DNA of 64,000 bases from Minisyncoccota bacterium (GTDB lineage Bacteria > Patescibacteriota > Minisyncoccia > Phycocordibacterales > SBAW01). Positions 55,265 to 63,614 of this stretch are shown here, piece by piece. The position numbers and the translations under genes are program-made. Positions within the stretch are counted from its first letter, which is position 1. Each line of letters starts with the position of its first letter. The stretch covers positions 1,451-65,450 of the forward strand of contig DASZWM010000007.1 in the NCBI GenBank assembly GCA_035546615.1. The letters are read 5' to 3'. The notes under the pieces are model-generated. The model ran no database searches. It saw only the letters and a program-made list of their open reading frames with translations, and was not told the DNA's origin.

Positions 55265-56415
55265 TATTGATACTGAATGTATATCGGCGCGGGCGTCAGC
55301 TCAAGCACCTGCGGCGGGGTCAGCATCGTCGTGCCGTCCAACACGTCGTTCTTGTAGAACAGCTTGAAGCCGGTGAATTGCACGGGCTCGGGAGCGATAA
55401 CGTTGTTATATGTTCCCTGCTTCTTGGCCTGCCCGCCCCAGCCGTCCATATCCACCACCACCTGCACTTCGGGTGTGGGCTTGATGCGCTGGTAGCCCGT
55501 GAGCATATCGTGCGTGAAGCGGTGGATAACCAGGATTTTCGGCGGCAGGTCATATTGCCGTACCAGCGCGGAGAGATACTGTATCGCCCAGTTGATGTCG
55601 TCAGCATCAAGCGAACCGATAACTTTGCCTGGCGGCGTGCCGTTGTGCATTGCGAACTCGGGGTCCAGTCCCAGGTGCACGTTCGGGAGCTTCCAGAAAT
55701 TCTCCAGCATCGGCACCTCCGTCTGCACGTCGGACAACGCCACCTGAATATCGAGGAATACGACGCCGTCCACTTCCTTCGCGAGCGCGAGGGCCTGCTC
55801 CACTTGGCTGTCGGGCATGCGCGTACGGTATTTGCCGTCCTTGCCCGCGCTCCCCTGCGCCACGACCGCGATGTAGTGGATAGCGGGGATGACCGGCGTC
55901 GACGGGTCCGCAGTGCGCCACTGCGCCGCGGCGTTCTTCAGGCGGGTAACCATCTCCTCCGGCGGATACTGGCCGAGCACCCCCATGCCCTTTGCGTAAA
56001 AATTGCCGTAGTACGCGACGATGCGGTTGAACGGCAGGAGCGCGCGGCTGTCGCGCGGATATGCGGCCGAGACGGGCCAGGGCTTTTTAGCCACATGCAC
56101 CGAAGTGGTTGCGTTCGGAAGCGTTACGGTTGTCGTGCCCTGAAGGAACGCCGCGTACCACGGGCTCGAAGTCGCAACATGCGCGAGCGCGAGCAGCTTC
56201 AAGTTGTACGCGGTTGTATCAAGCGGCGGCGGAGGCGGCGGGCCCTTGGGTACGGCAGCCTGGGTCGAAGTCGCAGCGGTGCGCGAGTAGGACACCGACA
56301 TAAGCTCCGGAAGCGCGCCGTATGCCAAGACGAAAGCGGCGCCCGCGACAAGTGCGGCCGCGCCGATCATGACGAATGCGTTCTTAGTTGAGGGAGTTGA
56401 TGCCTTCTTGGTCAT
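55264..56415 (-). CDS. Hypothetical membrane-anchored/secreted protein (384 aa from ATG 56415)
   Basis: N-terminal TM VMIGAAALVAGAAFVLAY then a Pro-rich stretch. Possibly a TIM-barrel glycoside-hydrolase-like fold. No confident family. Confidence 0.5.
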   Translation of the reverse strand: MTKKASTPSTKNAFVMIGAAALVAGAAFVLAYGALPELMSVSYSRTAATSTQAAVPKGPPPPPPLDTTAYNLKLLALAHVATSSPWYAAFLQGTTTVTLPNATTSVHVAKKPWPVSAAYPRDSRALLPFNRIVAYYGNFYAKGMGVLGQYPPEEMVTRLKNAAAQWRTADPSTPVIPAIHYIAVVAQGSAGKDGKYRTRMPDSQVEQALALAKEVDGVVFLDIQVALSDVQTEVPMLENFWKLPNVHLGLDPEFAMHNGTPPGKVIGSLDADDINWAIQYLSALVRQYDLPPKILVIHRFTHDMLTGYQRIKPTPEVQVVVDMDGWGGQAKKQGTYNNVIAPEPVQFTGFKLFYKNDVLDGTTMLTPPQVLELTPAPIYIQYQ

Positions 56416-56659
56416 AGCGTCTGTCCTGCGGGTGCCAAGGCATCTCGCGCTCCTCCTCCGGCATATTCTCGACGAACGGATGGTGGACCGAGCGCTTGCC
56501 GCTGCGGGCAAGGGACTCTGCGCGCAGCACGAATCCGAGCAGGGCGATCGCGAGGCCGGAAAAAATGAGAATGGTCGTGCGCCATGAGCCGGGGATGCCG
56601 AGGTATGGCACCGCCAGTATCCAGACGCCAAGGGCTATGACCGTCATCTCTTTGGACAT
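56384..56659 (-). CDS. Small two-TM membrane protein (91 aa)
   Basis: MTVIALGVWILAVPYLGIPGSWRTTILIFSGLAIALLGFVL. Overlaps the downstream gene by ~30 nt. Confidence 0.35.
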   Translation of the reverse strand: MSKEMTVIALGVWILAVPYLGIPGSWRTTILIFSGLAIALLGFVLRAESLARSGKRSVHHPFVENMPEEEREMPWHPQDRRYDQEGINSLN

Positions 56660-56748
56660 GACCCGAGTGTATCACACGAGGCGTCACCCTGTTAACTCGC
56701 CGCCTTGCGGCGACTGTGCGGAGCACAGAGTTAACAGGGTTTCGGTCG

Positions 56749-57429
56749 CTACGCTCCCTCCACTATCACTACGAATTCGCCGCGCTGTTTCTGCGGATCG
56801 CCCATAAGGCGGGCCCGGACTTCGCTGGCCGAGCCGATTATGGACTCTTCATACATCTTGGTGAGCTCGCGAAAGATGCCGACGCGGCGCGCAGGCGGCA
56901 GGACCTTATTCAGCGCCTCAAGCGCCTTCATAATGCGATGCGGGGATTCGTAAAAAACGCTCGCGCGCTTGCTCTCGGCAATTTCCTTAAACAAAGTCTC
57001 GCGACCTTTCTTGAGAGGCAAGAAACCGTAGAAGGTGAATGACGCTGCGCGCAGGCCTGCGATAGAAAGTGCGGCGGCCAGCGCCGAAGCGCCCGGTATC
57101 GCTTCTATTGTGATATCCGCAATGCGCTCGCGAACAACCGAGACAAGTTCCAGCCCCGGATCTGACACGCCCGGCGTGCCGGCGTCGGAAACGAGCACGA
57201 GATGCTTGCCCTCCTCAAGCAGCTGGATTATTTTCTCAAATCCCTTGGCGCCGCTATTTGCGTGGAAGGCAACGGTAGGCGTATGAATGTCGTAGTGGCT
57301 GAGAAGCTTCTTCGTAACACGCGTATCCTCGCAGGCAATAACGTCCGCTTCCTTGAATACCTCAAGAGCCCGCAAGGTGATGTCCTTCAGGTTCCCGATA
57401 GGCGTGGCGACGACCGAAAGCTTTTGCAT
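56749..57429 (-). CDS. rsmI: 16S rRNA (cytidine1402-2'-O)-methyltransferase
   Basis: MQKLSVVATPIGNLKDITLRALEVFKEADVIACEDTRVTKKLL (tetrapyrrole-methylase fold). Confidence 0.9.
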   Translation of the reverse strand: MQKLSVVATPIGNLKDITLRALEVFKEADVIACEDTRVTKKLLSHYDIHTPTVAFHANSGAKGFEKIIQLLEEGKHLVLVSDAGTPGVSDPGLELVSVVRERIADITIEAIPGASALAAALSIAGLRAASFTFYGFLPLKKGRETLFKEIAESKRASVFYESPHRIMKALEALNKVLPPARRVGIFRELTKMYEESIIGSASEVRARLMGDPQKQRGEFVVIVEGA

Positions 57430-57485
57430 AACGTCTGTACCGTACCACAAAATATTGACTTTTTCAAGTAAGCCCAGTAGTATCC

Positions 57486-58304
57486 ATGCGGATACGGACT
57501 TCTACACGCACCAGCGAGGTATTGATGAGCAAGCATGTGAACCCCCGGATGCAGGGCGTTACCTATAACCTGCTCCATAACGGGGTGAGCCTGACATACT
57601 ACGGCGGCGAAGGGCTGATTCTACCGTCGGACTTCCATGACAACATGGCGGCGCATGAATCGGTGCTCCGCCAGATAACGAAAAACCATCGCATTACCCA
57701 AGCGGTTGTGCCTGACTTCCGCGGCGCGACTCGAAGAGCGACACTGGAAAAGGATCTGCGACCATTCGGGCCGAGTTCGACTTTCTTCGGCACGTCGCCG
57801 ACTGACGCGGTAGTAACCGACTTGCCCGTGATATCAATCACTGCTGATTGCCACACCTTGGTCGTCAAAAACGCCAGGAACGGCATGCGCGCGGTAGTGC
57901 ACGGCTCGCGTGACGCTCAGCATCCGATTGCCCGCGACGGGAAGACCAAATCGGGAAATACCAACGTCTTCGAGGCGCTTAATCCGGCCCTGTTCGGCTC
58001 CGAAACCTACGCGTTCATCGCGTGCGGCATCGGCTCAAGCCACTTCGACAACCGTACGGATTATGACGAGTTCCATGGAAGCCTCATCCGCTATCTTGTA
58101 AGGAAATGGGGCGGGGATATCGTGGACGGCGGCATCGAGATGGGGAGGCTCAATGTTCCTCTTCTCTTGCGAAGGCAACTTGAGGCCCGTGGCGTTCCCG
58201 GAGATAACATCGCCTGGGACGGCATCGACACCTATACTGACCCGCGGTTTAACAGTCGCCGGGCGGGCAGCAAGGCTAGCAACTGCCTAGTGATCGAGTG
58301 GTAA
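57486..58304 (+). CDS. YfiH/PgeF-like (DUF152, purine-nucleoside-phosphorylase/laccase-domain) protein. Start may be the internal MSKHVNP
   Basis: ITADCHTLVV ... AVVHGSRDA ... FIACGIGSSHFD resemble the H-C-H motif arrangement of the family. Confidence 0.5.
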   Translation: MRIRTSTRTSEVLMSKHVNPRMQGVTYNLLHNGVSLTYYGGEGLILPSDFHDNMAAHESVLRQITKNHRITQAVVPDFRGATRRATLEKDLRPFGPSSTFFGTSPTDAVVTDLPVISITADCHTLVVKNARNGMRAVVHGSRDAQHPIARDGKTKSGNTNVFEALNPALFGSETYAFIACGIGSSHFDNRTDYDEFHGSLIRYLVRKWGGDIVDGGIEMGRLNVPLLLRRQLEARGVPGDNIAWDGIDTYTDPRFNSRRAGSKASNCLVIEW

Positions 58305-58375
58305 CCTTTCTACCTACAATGGGCGAGGCCGCGGATTCCCGCGGCCTCTTCGCTTTCATACAACAAGGCTGCTAT

Positions 58376-59668
58376 TTAATTGGTTTCAACCGCCTTCTCC
58401 CCCGCTTTGTAAATGTCTCCCGCGCCCATAGTAACCACTATATCGCCTTGTTTTGCCTCGTTTTTTATATAGTCCGTCACTTCGTCCAAAGATGCTGCCG
58501 CTCGCGCCGTCCTGCCCTCCTTTTCGATACGCTCGGCCAAGACAGCGCTTGATACGCTCGGATCAGGCTCTTCTCGTGCGGCAAATATGGGAGCCACGAC
58601 GACTTCATCGGCATCCATGAAGGCTTTCGCAAATTCATCCATGAATATCCTGGTGCGGCTGTAGAGATGCGGGTGGAACGCAACCAAGATGCGTTTGTCG
58701 GGGAATTGCTGCCGCACGCTCTTAAGAGTGGTTGCTATTTCGGTCGGATGATGTCCGTAATCGTCATATACCGCCGCTCCCCGTGCGGTCAGTCCCTTAT
58801 ATTCGAACCTGCGCCACGTTCCCGCAAAGTCTGCGAGCGCCTGCCTGGCGACTACAAGGTCGATCTTCAGGATATCTGCAACAGCAAGTACCGCGGCCGC
58901 GTTTATGCGATGGAGCGGCAGTACCTTGAGCGCGAGCGCCGGATCAAAATAGTTCCTATAATCGACGACCGTGCACGCGACACCTTCCACGACCGGACGC
59001 ACGGTAACACTTTCCGTATCGCATACCACGAATCCATCAGCAGGGATCTTTTGTATCAGCTCGCGGAACGCTGATTGTATGTCAGCCAGGTCTTTGTAGT
59101 AATCGAGATGGTCCGCTTCGATGTTGGTAATAACAAGGATATGCGGCGCGAAGTTGAGGAAATGCCGGCGATATTCGTCTGCTTCAACGACAAAATACTC
59201 GCCCTTGCCCGCCCTGAAGTTGCTTTTGGTCTTCGCGCGAAGCGAGCCGACTATGCCGGTCGGGTCCAGCCGTCCGGCTTCCGCGACATCTATCATCATC
59301 GCGGTCGTGGTCGTCTTGCCGTGGGCGCCCGAGATCGCAATAACCTTCTTGCCTTCGGTTACCTTGCCCAATGCCTCGAAATACGAAAGCTCCGGTATGC
59401 CGAGTTCGCGGGCGCGCAGGCGCTCGACATAGCCGTCGGAGCCTTCCAATATGGCGTCGCTGTATACGAGCAGATCCGCACCGGCAGGCACATGCGCCGC
59501 ATCGTGTCCTATAAATATTTCTATTCCTTTTGACCGCAGAAGGTCGGTCGTTGGCGAATCTCCTCTGTCGGAACCTGAGACGGATGCGCCTTCATGCAGG
59601 TACAATTGCGCCAAAGCGGAAAGCCCGATACCGCCGATGCCGACTATATATATCTTTTTTTCCTGCAT
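58376..59668 (-). CDS. murC: UDP-N-acetylmuramate--L-alanine ligase
   Basis: MQEKKIYIVGIGGIGLSALAQLY..ISGAHGKTTTTAMM. An alternative upstream ATG at 59719 would overlap murD by 47 nt. Confidence 0.92.
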   Translation of the reverse strand: MQEKKIYIVGIGGIGLSALAQLYLHEGASVSGSDRGDSPTTDLLRSKGIEIFIGHDAAHVPAGADLLVYSDAILEGSDGYVERLRARELGIPELSYFEALGKVTEGKKVIAISGAHGKTTTTAMMIDVAEAGRLDPTGIVGSLRAKTKSNFRAGKGEYFVVEADEYRRHFLNFAPHILVITNIEADHLDYYKDLADIQSAFRELIQKIPADGFVVCDTESVTVRPVVEGVACTVVDYRNYFDPALALKVLPLHRINAAAVLAVADILKIDLVVARQALADFAGTWRRFEYKGLTARGAAVYDDYGHHPTEIATTLKSVRQQFPDKRILVAFHPHLYSRTRIFMDEFAKAFMDADEVVVAPIFAAREEPDPSVSSAVLAERIEKEGRTARAAASLDEVTDYIKNEAKQGDIVVTMGAGDIYKAGEKAVETN

Positions 59669-59672
59669 AGGT

Positions 59673-61001
59673 TTATGTAACCTTCTCTGCGGCTTTATTG
59701 AACTGATCCCCGCGGTCATACTCGTTCTTGAACATGCCGAACGAGGCGAAAGCAGGGCTCATAAGCACAATGTCGCCATCCTCCGCGCCCTCTATGGCAA
59801 AGCCAACTGCTTCAGCCATAGTTCCATATATAGGACTGCCTGGTAACTCGCTTTTTACCCTCTCCGTACCGGTCCCCGCGAGCAGTAATACTTTCTTGCA
59901 GTACTTCGGGATCTCCGCAAGGAGCCCTTTCATTTCAAGGCCCTTATCCGCGCCGCCCATGATAAGCACGATGTTCTTTTTTGATTCATCTCCCAGCGCA
60001 TACAGGGCGGCAATAGTAGCCTCCGGTACCGTTGCCGTCGTGTCGTTGTAGATCTTCACTCCTTTTATTTCCCGCAGGAACTGAAGCCGCCCCGGAACCC
60101 CGTCGAACGACTCAATCGCCTTCTGTATAACATTCTCTTCAACTCCAAGCGCGCGGACAGCTGCGGCAGCAAGAGCCGCGTCATAGCGATTATGCTCGCC
60201 GGGAATCTTCAAACGCCATTCGGCGGGGATATCTTGCGTCCGCGCAATAACGGTACGAGCAAGGATCTGATCCTTAAACCCGTATTTTTTTGCATCCGGC
60301 ATTACTTGCTCGCCGAGAATAAGCACATCCTCCGGCTTTTGGAACAAAAAGATATTCGCCTTATCGGCGAAGTAGGCCGCCATATCGTTCTTGTAATAGT
60401 TCATATGGTCGGGCATGAAGGTGGTAAATACCGCCACATGGGGGCTTATCTTCGCCTCCCCGAGGCCCTGGCACTGCCACGAATCGAGTTCGAGTACGGC
60501 AGCGCTATCCGCTTGTACCTGCGGTAAAAGCGCGAGCGTCGAGACACCCTGCACGTTTCCGCCCAGAAGTACGCTCTTCCCTGCCTCCTTCAGGATATGG
60601 GCGATAAGATGCGTGGTTGTCGATTTACCGCGCGTGCCGGTAATGCCTACTGACGCGACACCCGAGAATTCCATAAAAAGGTCGGCGCTCATGCGCACGG
60701 GTACGCCGTTTTTCTTCGCCTCGGCGATAAACGGAGAATCGAGCGGCACGCCCGCCGCCTTGATAATAAGGTCGCGGTCTTTAAAATCTTCGAGACTGTG
60801 TCCGCCAAGGCGGAACGTTATGTTCGAAAACTGCTTCAGTTGCGCTAAAGAATCGGCAAGGTCCTCTTCTGATTTTAAATCGGTAACTACCAACTCCACC
60901 CCCTGTTCCGCTAGAAATCGCGCATCCCCCACCCCGCGGCCCAAAAGGCCGAGCCCCATGAGGGTTACCCGCTTGCCTTTGAAATAGTCTTTCCAATCCA
61001 T
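59673..61001 (-). CDS. murD: UDP-N-acetylmuramoylalanine--D-glutamate ligase
   Basis: MDWKDYFKGKRVTLMGLGLLGRG..GITGTRGKSTTTHLIAHIL. Confidence 0.93.
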   Translation of the reverse strand: MDWKDYFKGKRVTLMGLGLLGRGVGDARFLAEQGVELVVTDLKSEEDLADSLAQLKQFSNITFRLGGHSLEDFKDRDLIIKAAGVPLDSPFIAEAKKNGVPVRMSADLFMEFSGVASVGITGTRGKSTTTHLIAHILKEAGKSVLLGGNVQGVSTLALLPQVQADSAAVLELDSWQCQGLGEAKISPHVAVFTTFMPDHMNYYKNDMAAYFADKANIFLFQKPEDVLILGEQVMPDAKKYGFKDQILARTVIARTQDIPAEWRLKIPGEHNRYDAALAAAAVRALGVEENVIQKAIESFDGVPGRLQFLREIKGVKIYNDTTATVPEATIAALYALGDESKKNIVLIMGGADKGLEMKGLLAEIPKYCKKVLLLAGTGTERVKSELPGSPIYGTMAEAVGFAIEGAEDGDIVLMSPAFASFGMFKNEYDRGDQFNKAAEKVT

Positions 61002-61006
61002 ACTAT

Positions 61007-61093
61007 TGGTGCCCAGGAGAGGACTTGAACCTCCATTCCCTTGCGGGAACTACGACCTGAACGTAGCGCGTCTACCAATTTCGCCACCTGGGC
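61007..61093 (-). tRNA. tRNA-Leu (anticodon CAG), 87 nt with long variable arm and encoded CCA
   Basis: RC reads GCCCAGGTGGCGAAATTGGTAGACGCGCTACGTTCAGGTCGTAGTTCCCGCAAGGGAATGGAGGTTCAAGTCCTCTCCTGGGCACCA. Acceptor is 7 bp, anticodon loop TTCAGGT. Confidence 0.9.
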
Positions 61094-61745
61094 ATGACCT
61101 GATTATACGCAAGGAATTCCTGATCTTGAGGTACTTCCTGCGCAAGTGAGGCAGTGGTGTAGTGTAATACATGCCCTGTGCGAGCACAATCGCTTCTTTC
61201 TTCGCGTACCTCAGTTGTACGTACGACTTGCCCGTATACCCTCCGACCGAACCACGTATACGCAACAGTCGCGTTATCTTTGCGCGGAACCAATCGACGA
61301 AGATCGGGCTTGCCGAGGTAAATGATATGTAAAACCGATAACTGTTCTTAAAGACAGGATCGTAATAGGAATAACTGCATCCGTCCCCGTCGAAGTATCC
61401 TCGCGCAAAGTCCATAAAGTACACATCGGGCACCGCTACTGATTCAAGCGTTTTCGACTTTGCCGGCGTCAGGCCTATGCCCAGAAGGAACCGATACAAA
61501 AGCACATCGCCGAATTGGGTACAATACGCCATATCGCCGCTGCCCGAGTACTTTTTCGCGGTCTTTGTCTTGATACCCAGGCATTTTTTAAAAAGAGAGA
61601 TCTGTGCCTTGTCGGTCGAGGTCAGGCTGATATGCCGGCCGTCTTTTGATAAGCAGCCGTCGGCGGTTAGCAAGCCTACCGCATATGCAAAATCTGAAGA
61701 CCATCTGCGTTTTGCTTTGCCTACCGGCTTAGGACCCCTTTTCAT
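61050..61745 (-). CDS. LAGLIDADG-family homing endonuclease (two motifs, single-chain), free-standing. Its 3' end overlaps the 5' half of tRNA-Leu
   Basis: YAVGLLTADGCLS and FARGYFDGDGCSY. 231 aa. The last ~15 codons are encoded by tRNA sequence. Confidence 0.75.
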   Translation of the reverse strand: MKRGPKPVGKAKRRWSSDFAYAVGLLTADGCLSKDGRHISLTSTDKAQISLFKKCLGIKTKTAKKYSGSGDMAYCTQFGDVLLYRFLLGIGLTPAKSKTLESVAVPDVYFMDFARGYFDGDGCSYSYYDPVFKNSYRFYISFTSASPIFVDWFRAKITRLLRIRGSVGGYTGKSYVQLRYAKKEAIVLAQGMYYTTPLPHLRRKYLKIRNSLRIIRSCPGGEIGRRATFRS

Positions 61746-61964
61746 GTATACTCCCGCGAGTTCTTACTATACTGAAGCAATAATGTATACCATATCATTT
61801 TGCCAAAAATCGGGTATTTTTACAAAAAACATGGGGGAGCCGGCTGGGCTGCCGGACTCCCCCAATTCCGTCGCCCGGCCCCGGGCTACGGAAAAACTTT
61901 CTCGAATATCCACCTGAATGGCTTCGAGTAAAAACACTGTACAAGCAAAGCTTAGAAAATAAAA

Positions 61965-62003
61965 GATGTGGATAAAAAGGGGCCGGTCGTTTCCAACCGG
62001 CCC
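61965..62003 (-). terminator. Intrinsic terminator after the cold-shock gene
   Basis: gggccgg-tcgtttccaa-ccggccc followed on the minus strand by CUUUUUAUCC. Confidence 0.55.
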
Positions 62004-62043
62004 TCATCCCAGTGATCCGCCCGCGTGGCGCCGGCGTGTTCCT

Positions 62044-62655
62044 TCACGCACTGTCCAAGCGGACTTCCGCGGCCATAAGGCCCTTCGGACCGCTGCCGTA
62101 GCGCACAAGCACTGCCTGCCCGGTCTTGAGCTCGAGGAGCCCGAACCGGCGCAGCGTCTCCATGTGAACGAAGATGTCTCCGTCACCGCCGTCGCAGGTG
62201 AGAAAGCCGTAGCCGCGCACGCGGTTGAACCACTTCACCATTCCCCGCTTGGGGTCACCGACGTTCGAGATCTTGAAAGATCCCTGAATAACAGTAGAGC
62301 TGTCCATGCTGATAATGCGATGGGCGCTGAGACCCTTGTCGCGCTTCAGCACTTCAACGACGACCCGCGCGCCTTCGTAGGCGGTCTCGAAGCCGCAGCG
62401 CCGAAGGCACTCCAGGTGCAGCATCACGTCCGACAGGCCGTTATCAGACACGATAAAGCCGTAGCCCTTGCTTGGATTGAACCACTTTATGACGCCGGCG
62501 ATCTCAACGATACCCTCGAGTGGCGCGGCATCCGGCTCCTCCCGAGAGACAGGCGCCGGGTGCGTTCGCTCCCGCAGGGATTCCCCCGCCAGCGCTAGCG
62601 AACTGTGCGGACGCACGTCACGTTCCCGCTGGGCGCGGGCTGCATAAGCGACCAT
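62044..62655 (-). CDS. Cold-shock-domain protein with two tandem CSDs and an N-terminal ~50-aa extension
   Basis: [18 protein letters not shown] and [31 protein letters not shown]. Start ATG 62655 preceded by AAGGGAG. Confidence 0.85.
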   Translation of the reverse strand: MVAYAARAQRERDVRPHSSLALAGESLRERTHPAPVSREEPDAAPLEGIVEIAGVIKWFNPSKGYGFIVSDNGLSDVMLHLECLRRCGFETAYEGARVVVEVLKRDKGLSAHRIISMDSSTVIQGSFKISNVGDPKRGMVKWFNRVRGYGFLTCDGGDGDIFVHMETLRRFGLLELKTGQAVLVRYGSGPKGLMAAEVRLDSA

Positions 62656-62754
62656 GGCTACTACTCCCTTTTTTACAGAACAACCCCACCCGCCGTGAGG
62701 CGCTCTCACAATAGCATTATCAGAAAAAATATCTACAGGGCGCTTCGGCGCACA

Positions 62755-62786
62755 AAACCCGCCTCAAGGCGGGTTTTCGTGTCTTT
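62755..62786. terminator. Hairpin terminator (bidirectional-capable) just downstream of tRNA-Ile
   Basis: aaacccgcc-tcaa-ggcgggttt followed by tcgtgtcttt. Confidence 0.45.
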
Positions 62787-62926
62787 GGTGGTCACAAGTA
62801 TTTTTCCTGACGGAAAAATCTCGCGACCCCGGCTCGGCGCTTTTACCTTCGCTTCGCGAAACAAAAGTATGCCTGCGCCCCGCACAAACCACAAAATCTG
62901 CCGCAGGGCAGATTTTGAGTGTTTTG

Positions 62927-62999
62927 TGCGCGCTCTAGGGATCGAACCTAGGACCTTTCGAGTATCAGTCGAATGCTCTACCAACTGAGCTAAGCGCGC
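62927..62999 (-). tRNA. tRNA-Ile (anticodon GAT)
   Basis: RC reads GCGCGCTTAGCTCAGTTGGTAGAGCATTCGACTGATACTCGAAAGGTCCTAGGTTCGATCCCTAGAGCGCGCA. Cloverleaf is fully paired, anticodon loop CTGATAC. Confidence 0.92.
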
Positions 63000-63614
63000 A
63001 TGTGCACAGAGATACTAGCAAAAAACGGGCATATTTGCCATAGAAAGCAGAAACCTGGTCGCGCATGTGCGCGACCAGGCAATATTCAAACGAATGGGTG
63101 AGCACCTCCGCGGTGGTTACGGGAAAGTGAAAAGGGCCGAAAACATTTCGGGTTTGATCTTATTCTTGCGAAACATTCGCAACCTCCGCTTCTTCCGGTT
63201 GGAGTTAAGGGGATGTGAACAAAACCAAATACCCTCCTTTCTGCCCCCACCATACCACCGGGCGCGTAAAAGAAAAGGCATTTTGTGCACAGCAAAAGAC
63301 TCCCATGAGGGAGTCTTTTGCCTGAAACCCCGGCGCTTCGGTCGGGGTCCCGACTTTTTACGTCAGGATTGAATGTGATCACACCTTGCTAGCTCCAGAG
63401 AAATATTCTTTCTCTTGTTCCGTTTGTTACCTGTGTTCCGGCGCTGTACTCCAGCGTGTACTTGCAGGTATCGAGTAGCCGTACGTCAGCATGTCTTGCG
63501 GCATGCTCGGCCAATAACGAGTACGGTATAGGATCAGTACTATCATCCTCTATCTTTTGCAAAATAGAATCGCCATTACAGTTCTGTCCTCGTACGAGGG
63601 GCAGAACGTCAATC

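Noticed and set aside
61072-61293. 73-aa minus-strand ORF overlapping tRNA-Leu and the HE gene.
   Set aside because: It is off-frame relative to the LAGLIDADG ORF, low-complexity, and overlaps a tRNA. Judged spurious.
62700-62926. tRNA-Ala or a 23S start downstream of tRNA-Ile.
   Set aside because: There is no GGGGC...CTCAGCTGG / TTCGATCC pattern on either strand. The region instead contains a hairpin terminator and then the csp gene.
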